From an uncultured Actinomycetota bacterium (GTDB taxonomy: Bacteria; Actinomycetota; Actinomycetes; JAHEKZ01): a DNA stretch of 64,000 nucleotides. The stretch covers positions 512,001 through 576,000 of the forward strand of contig CAVQYR010000001.1 in the NCBI GenBank assembly GCA_963718235.1, in the 5' to 3' direction. Position numbers and translations under genes: made by a program. Below the pieces are notes generated by a model. It was not told where the DNA came from. It was given only the letters and a program-made list of their open reading frames with translations, and made no database searches. Positions 62,088-64,000 of the stretch are shown here, one piece after another. The number at the start of each line of letters is the position of its first letter. Position 1 is the first letter of the stretch.

Positions 62088-63416
62088 TCAGCGGGGGTGG
62101 CGGTACGCGGGCCGGCTTCCTTGGTGCCCCAGGACCGCGGCAGCCGCAGCCCGCCCGGTGGCGACGGCACCCTCCATGTACCCGGAGGCCCAGTGGTCCG
62201 ACCCGGCGACGAAGAACGGCGGCTCGTGGGTGCCGTGCAGCGGCCCGACGGCGGTGAGGTCCCCCGGGGCCCAGTGGGCGACGTAGCCCAGGGAGAACGG
62301 GTCGGACGCCCAGTGCCGCCACAGCACCTGGGGGGACCCGACCGGACCGAGCGCACGCTCGAGCCCGGCGAGGAGCCGCTGCGTGGCGACACCTGGCTCG
62401 GCCTGCTCGACGGAAGCGACCAGGGAGGGGCCGGAAAGGCTGGACAGCACCGATCCCCCCTGGACCCAGAACCCCCCGGACTCACGCTCGGACAGGATCT
62501 GGCCGTTGCACCCGACGACCTCCCAGACCGGCTCGTCGAGGGCCACCACAGCCTTGACGGCGGGAACCTGACGCTGTCGGCGCAACGACCTCACCCGCTC
62601 GTCGGAGACGCCATCCAGCCGCAGCGAGCGCAGCACCGGCGCCGGCAGCGCGCACACGATGGCCGACGACTCGATCGTCTCCCCGCCCACCAGCACGGTG
62701 CGGCACGTCGCACCGACCTCGAGTGCGACGACCGGTGACGCCAGGCGGATCCGACCAGCCAGCGCCGCGGCCAGTGCGTCGACGAGCACACTGGAGCCGC
62801 CTTCGACCTTGAGGTTCTCCCACACCTCGTAGTCGGTCGGGCTGTGACCACCGACGCTGGCTATCGCCCGCAGGTGTCCCAGCACGGACAGGTCGCGAGC
62901 GCCGTCCAGGCCGGTGTAGCGCATCTTCAGGTCCAGCAGTCGCAGTGCCGACGGCGTCAACCCTTCGTCATGCGCAAACGCCGCGACTGACAGGTCGTCG
63001 AGGCGCTGTGCGTCCTCGGTGGCCAGCGGCGTGGACGGGTCGACCGTGCGGGCCAGCTCGACGAGGGTGGCGTCCAGCCGCTGCAGCTGCGACTCGGCGT
63101 CGCCCAGCCAGCTGCTGTCGCGGTGCAAGGCGTCGCGCAGGTCGTAGAAGGCGACACCGCCGATGTCGGTGTAGCTCGGCACGAGCCGCAGGCCGAGCTC
63201 TGCGGCCAGCTCCTGATAGGCCAGGTGGATCGAGCCGACGACCTCCCCGCCCAGCTGGACCAGGCGACCGTCGTCGAGCACCTCGCCCTCGACCCGGCCG
63301 CCCGTGCGCGGCCGGGCCTCGACCACGACGACGTCGGTACCCGCCAGGGCGAGGTCCCGCGCGCACGACAAGCCGGCGAGCCCGGCTCCCACGACGACGA
63401 CGTCGACCCGAGGCAT
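62088..63416 (-). CDS. Flavin monoamine oxidase family protein
   Basis: VVGAGLAGL, EARPRTGGR, WASDPFSLG, GYMEGAVATG. Confidence 0.88.
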   Translation of the reverse strand: MPRVDVVVVGAGLAGLSCARDLALAGTDVVVVEARPRTGGRVEGEVLDDGRLVQLGGEVVGSIHLAYQELAAELGLRLVPSYTDIGGVAFYDLRDALHRDSSWLGDAESQLQRLDATLVELARTVDPSTPLATEDAQRLDDLSVAAFAHDEGLTPSALRLLDLKMRYTGLDGARDLSVLGHLRAIASVGGHSPTDYEVWENLKVEGGSSVLVDALAAALAGRIRLASPVVALEVGATCRTVLVGGETIESSAIVCALPAPVLRSLRLDGVSDERVRSLRRQRQVPAVKAVVALDEPVWEVVGCNGQILSERESGGFWVQGGSVLSSLSGPSLVASVEQAEPGVATQRLLAGLERALGPVGSPQVLWRHWASDPFSLGYVAHWAPGDLTAVGPLHGTHEPPFFVAGSDHWASGYMEGAVATGRAAAAAVLGHQGSRPAYRHPR

Positions 63417-63425
63417 GCGGTCGAC

Positions 63426-64000
63426 TCAGACGTAGCGCTCGAGGATGCTGGACTCGGCGAGCCGGGAGAGCCCTTCGCGCACGGTGCGGGCGCGGGTGTC
63501 GCCGACTCCCTCGACCGCCCGCAGGTCGTCGATCCCGGCGGCCAGCAGCTGCTGCAGCCCGCCGAAGTGGCCCACCAGCCGGTCGACCACCTGCGACGGG
63601 AGTCGCGGTACCCGGGCCAGCAGCCGGTAGCCCCGGGGGCTGACACTGAGCTCGAGCGCCTCGCTGCCCGGGTAGCCGAGCGCCTTGGCCACGGCGGCCA
63701 GGTCGATCAGCTCCACGGCGGACAAGGAGTCGAGCTCCTCCGACGACTGCTCCAGCCGCCGGGCCTTCTTGCCCCCGCCAGGCAGGTAGTCGCGGATCAC
63801 CAGCTCGCGGTCGCTGTCGACTCCGGCGACGAGCTCCTCGAGCTGCAGCGACAGCAGGCGTCCGTCACTGCCCAGCTCGACGACGTAGCCCTCGATCTCA
63901 CGGGCGATCCGGCGCACCATCTCCAGGCGCTGAGCCACCGCTGCGACGTCCCGAACCGTGACGAGGTCCTCGATCTCCAGCGCCGAGAGCGTGCCTGACA
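63426..64000 (-). CDS. disA: DNA integrity scanning diadenylate cyclase DisA, C-terminal part (partial)
   Basis: LSALEIEDLVT, YVVELGSDGRLL, VSPRGYRLL, HhH VEGVGDTRARTVREGL. Confidence 0.93.
   Translation of the reverse strand, partial: SGTLSALEIEDLVTVRDVAAVAQRLEMVRRIAREIEGYVVELGSDGRLLSLQLEELVAGVDSDRELVIRDYLPGGGKKARRLEQSSEELDSLSAVELIDLAAVAKALGYPGSEALELSVSPRGYRLLARVPRLPSQVVDRLVGHFGGLQQLLAAGIDDLRAVEGVGDTRARTVREGLSRLAESSILERYV

Overview
High-GC Actinomycetota chromosomal DNA. The centre and right of the window carry the conserved actinobacterial backbone: ppa-dacB-zinc metalloprotease-tilS-hpt-ftsH-folE-folP-folB-folK, a stand-alone nuoD, panG-like/panC/coaX, lysS, argA, lsr2, clpC, mutY and a partial disA. 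Between the Rv3587c-like gene and disA sits a ~12 kb insert with an orphan cheB-cheR(TPR)-cheW trio and an acyl-CoA/amine catabolic cluster. The first 20 kb is accessory. The main finding lies at about 12.57-19.71 kb. Ten unrelated single genes in mixed orientations (including arr rifampicin ADP-ribosyltransferase, a serine hydrolase, a GNAT and a HAD) are each bounded by a copy of a short motif, consensus about SAGAW-CGGCAC-ATMG. The motif is always on the + strand, occurs at 11 consecutive gene junctions, and often lies in the loop of an imperfect hairpin. This looks like an integron-like gene-cassette array with a non-attC site, and no recombinase is present in the window. Other signals are a candidate ~155-nt structured ncRNA (4970-5127, minus), two copies of a 68-bp palindromic element, a TetR-type operator shared by two loci 46 kb apart, and ECF/ClgR/sigma28-like promoter motifs. 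Several genes (gcvT-like, Rieske, META, ftsH, lsr2) carry small frameshifts that are most likely sequencing errors. All protein calls come from motif recognition by eye, with no database search.
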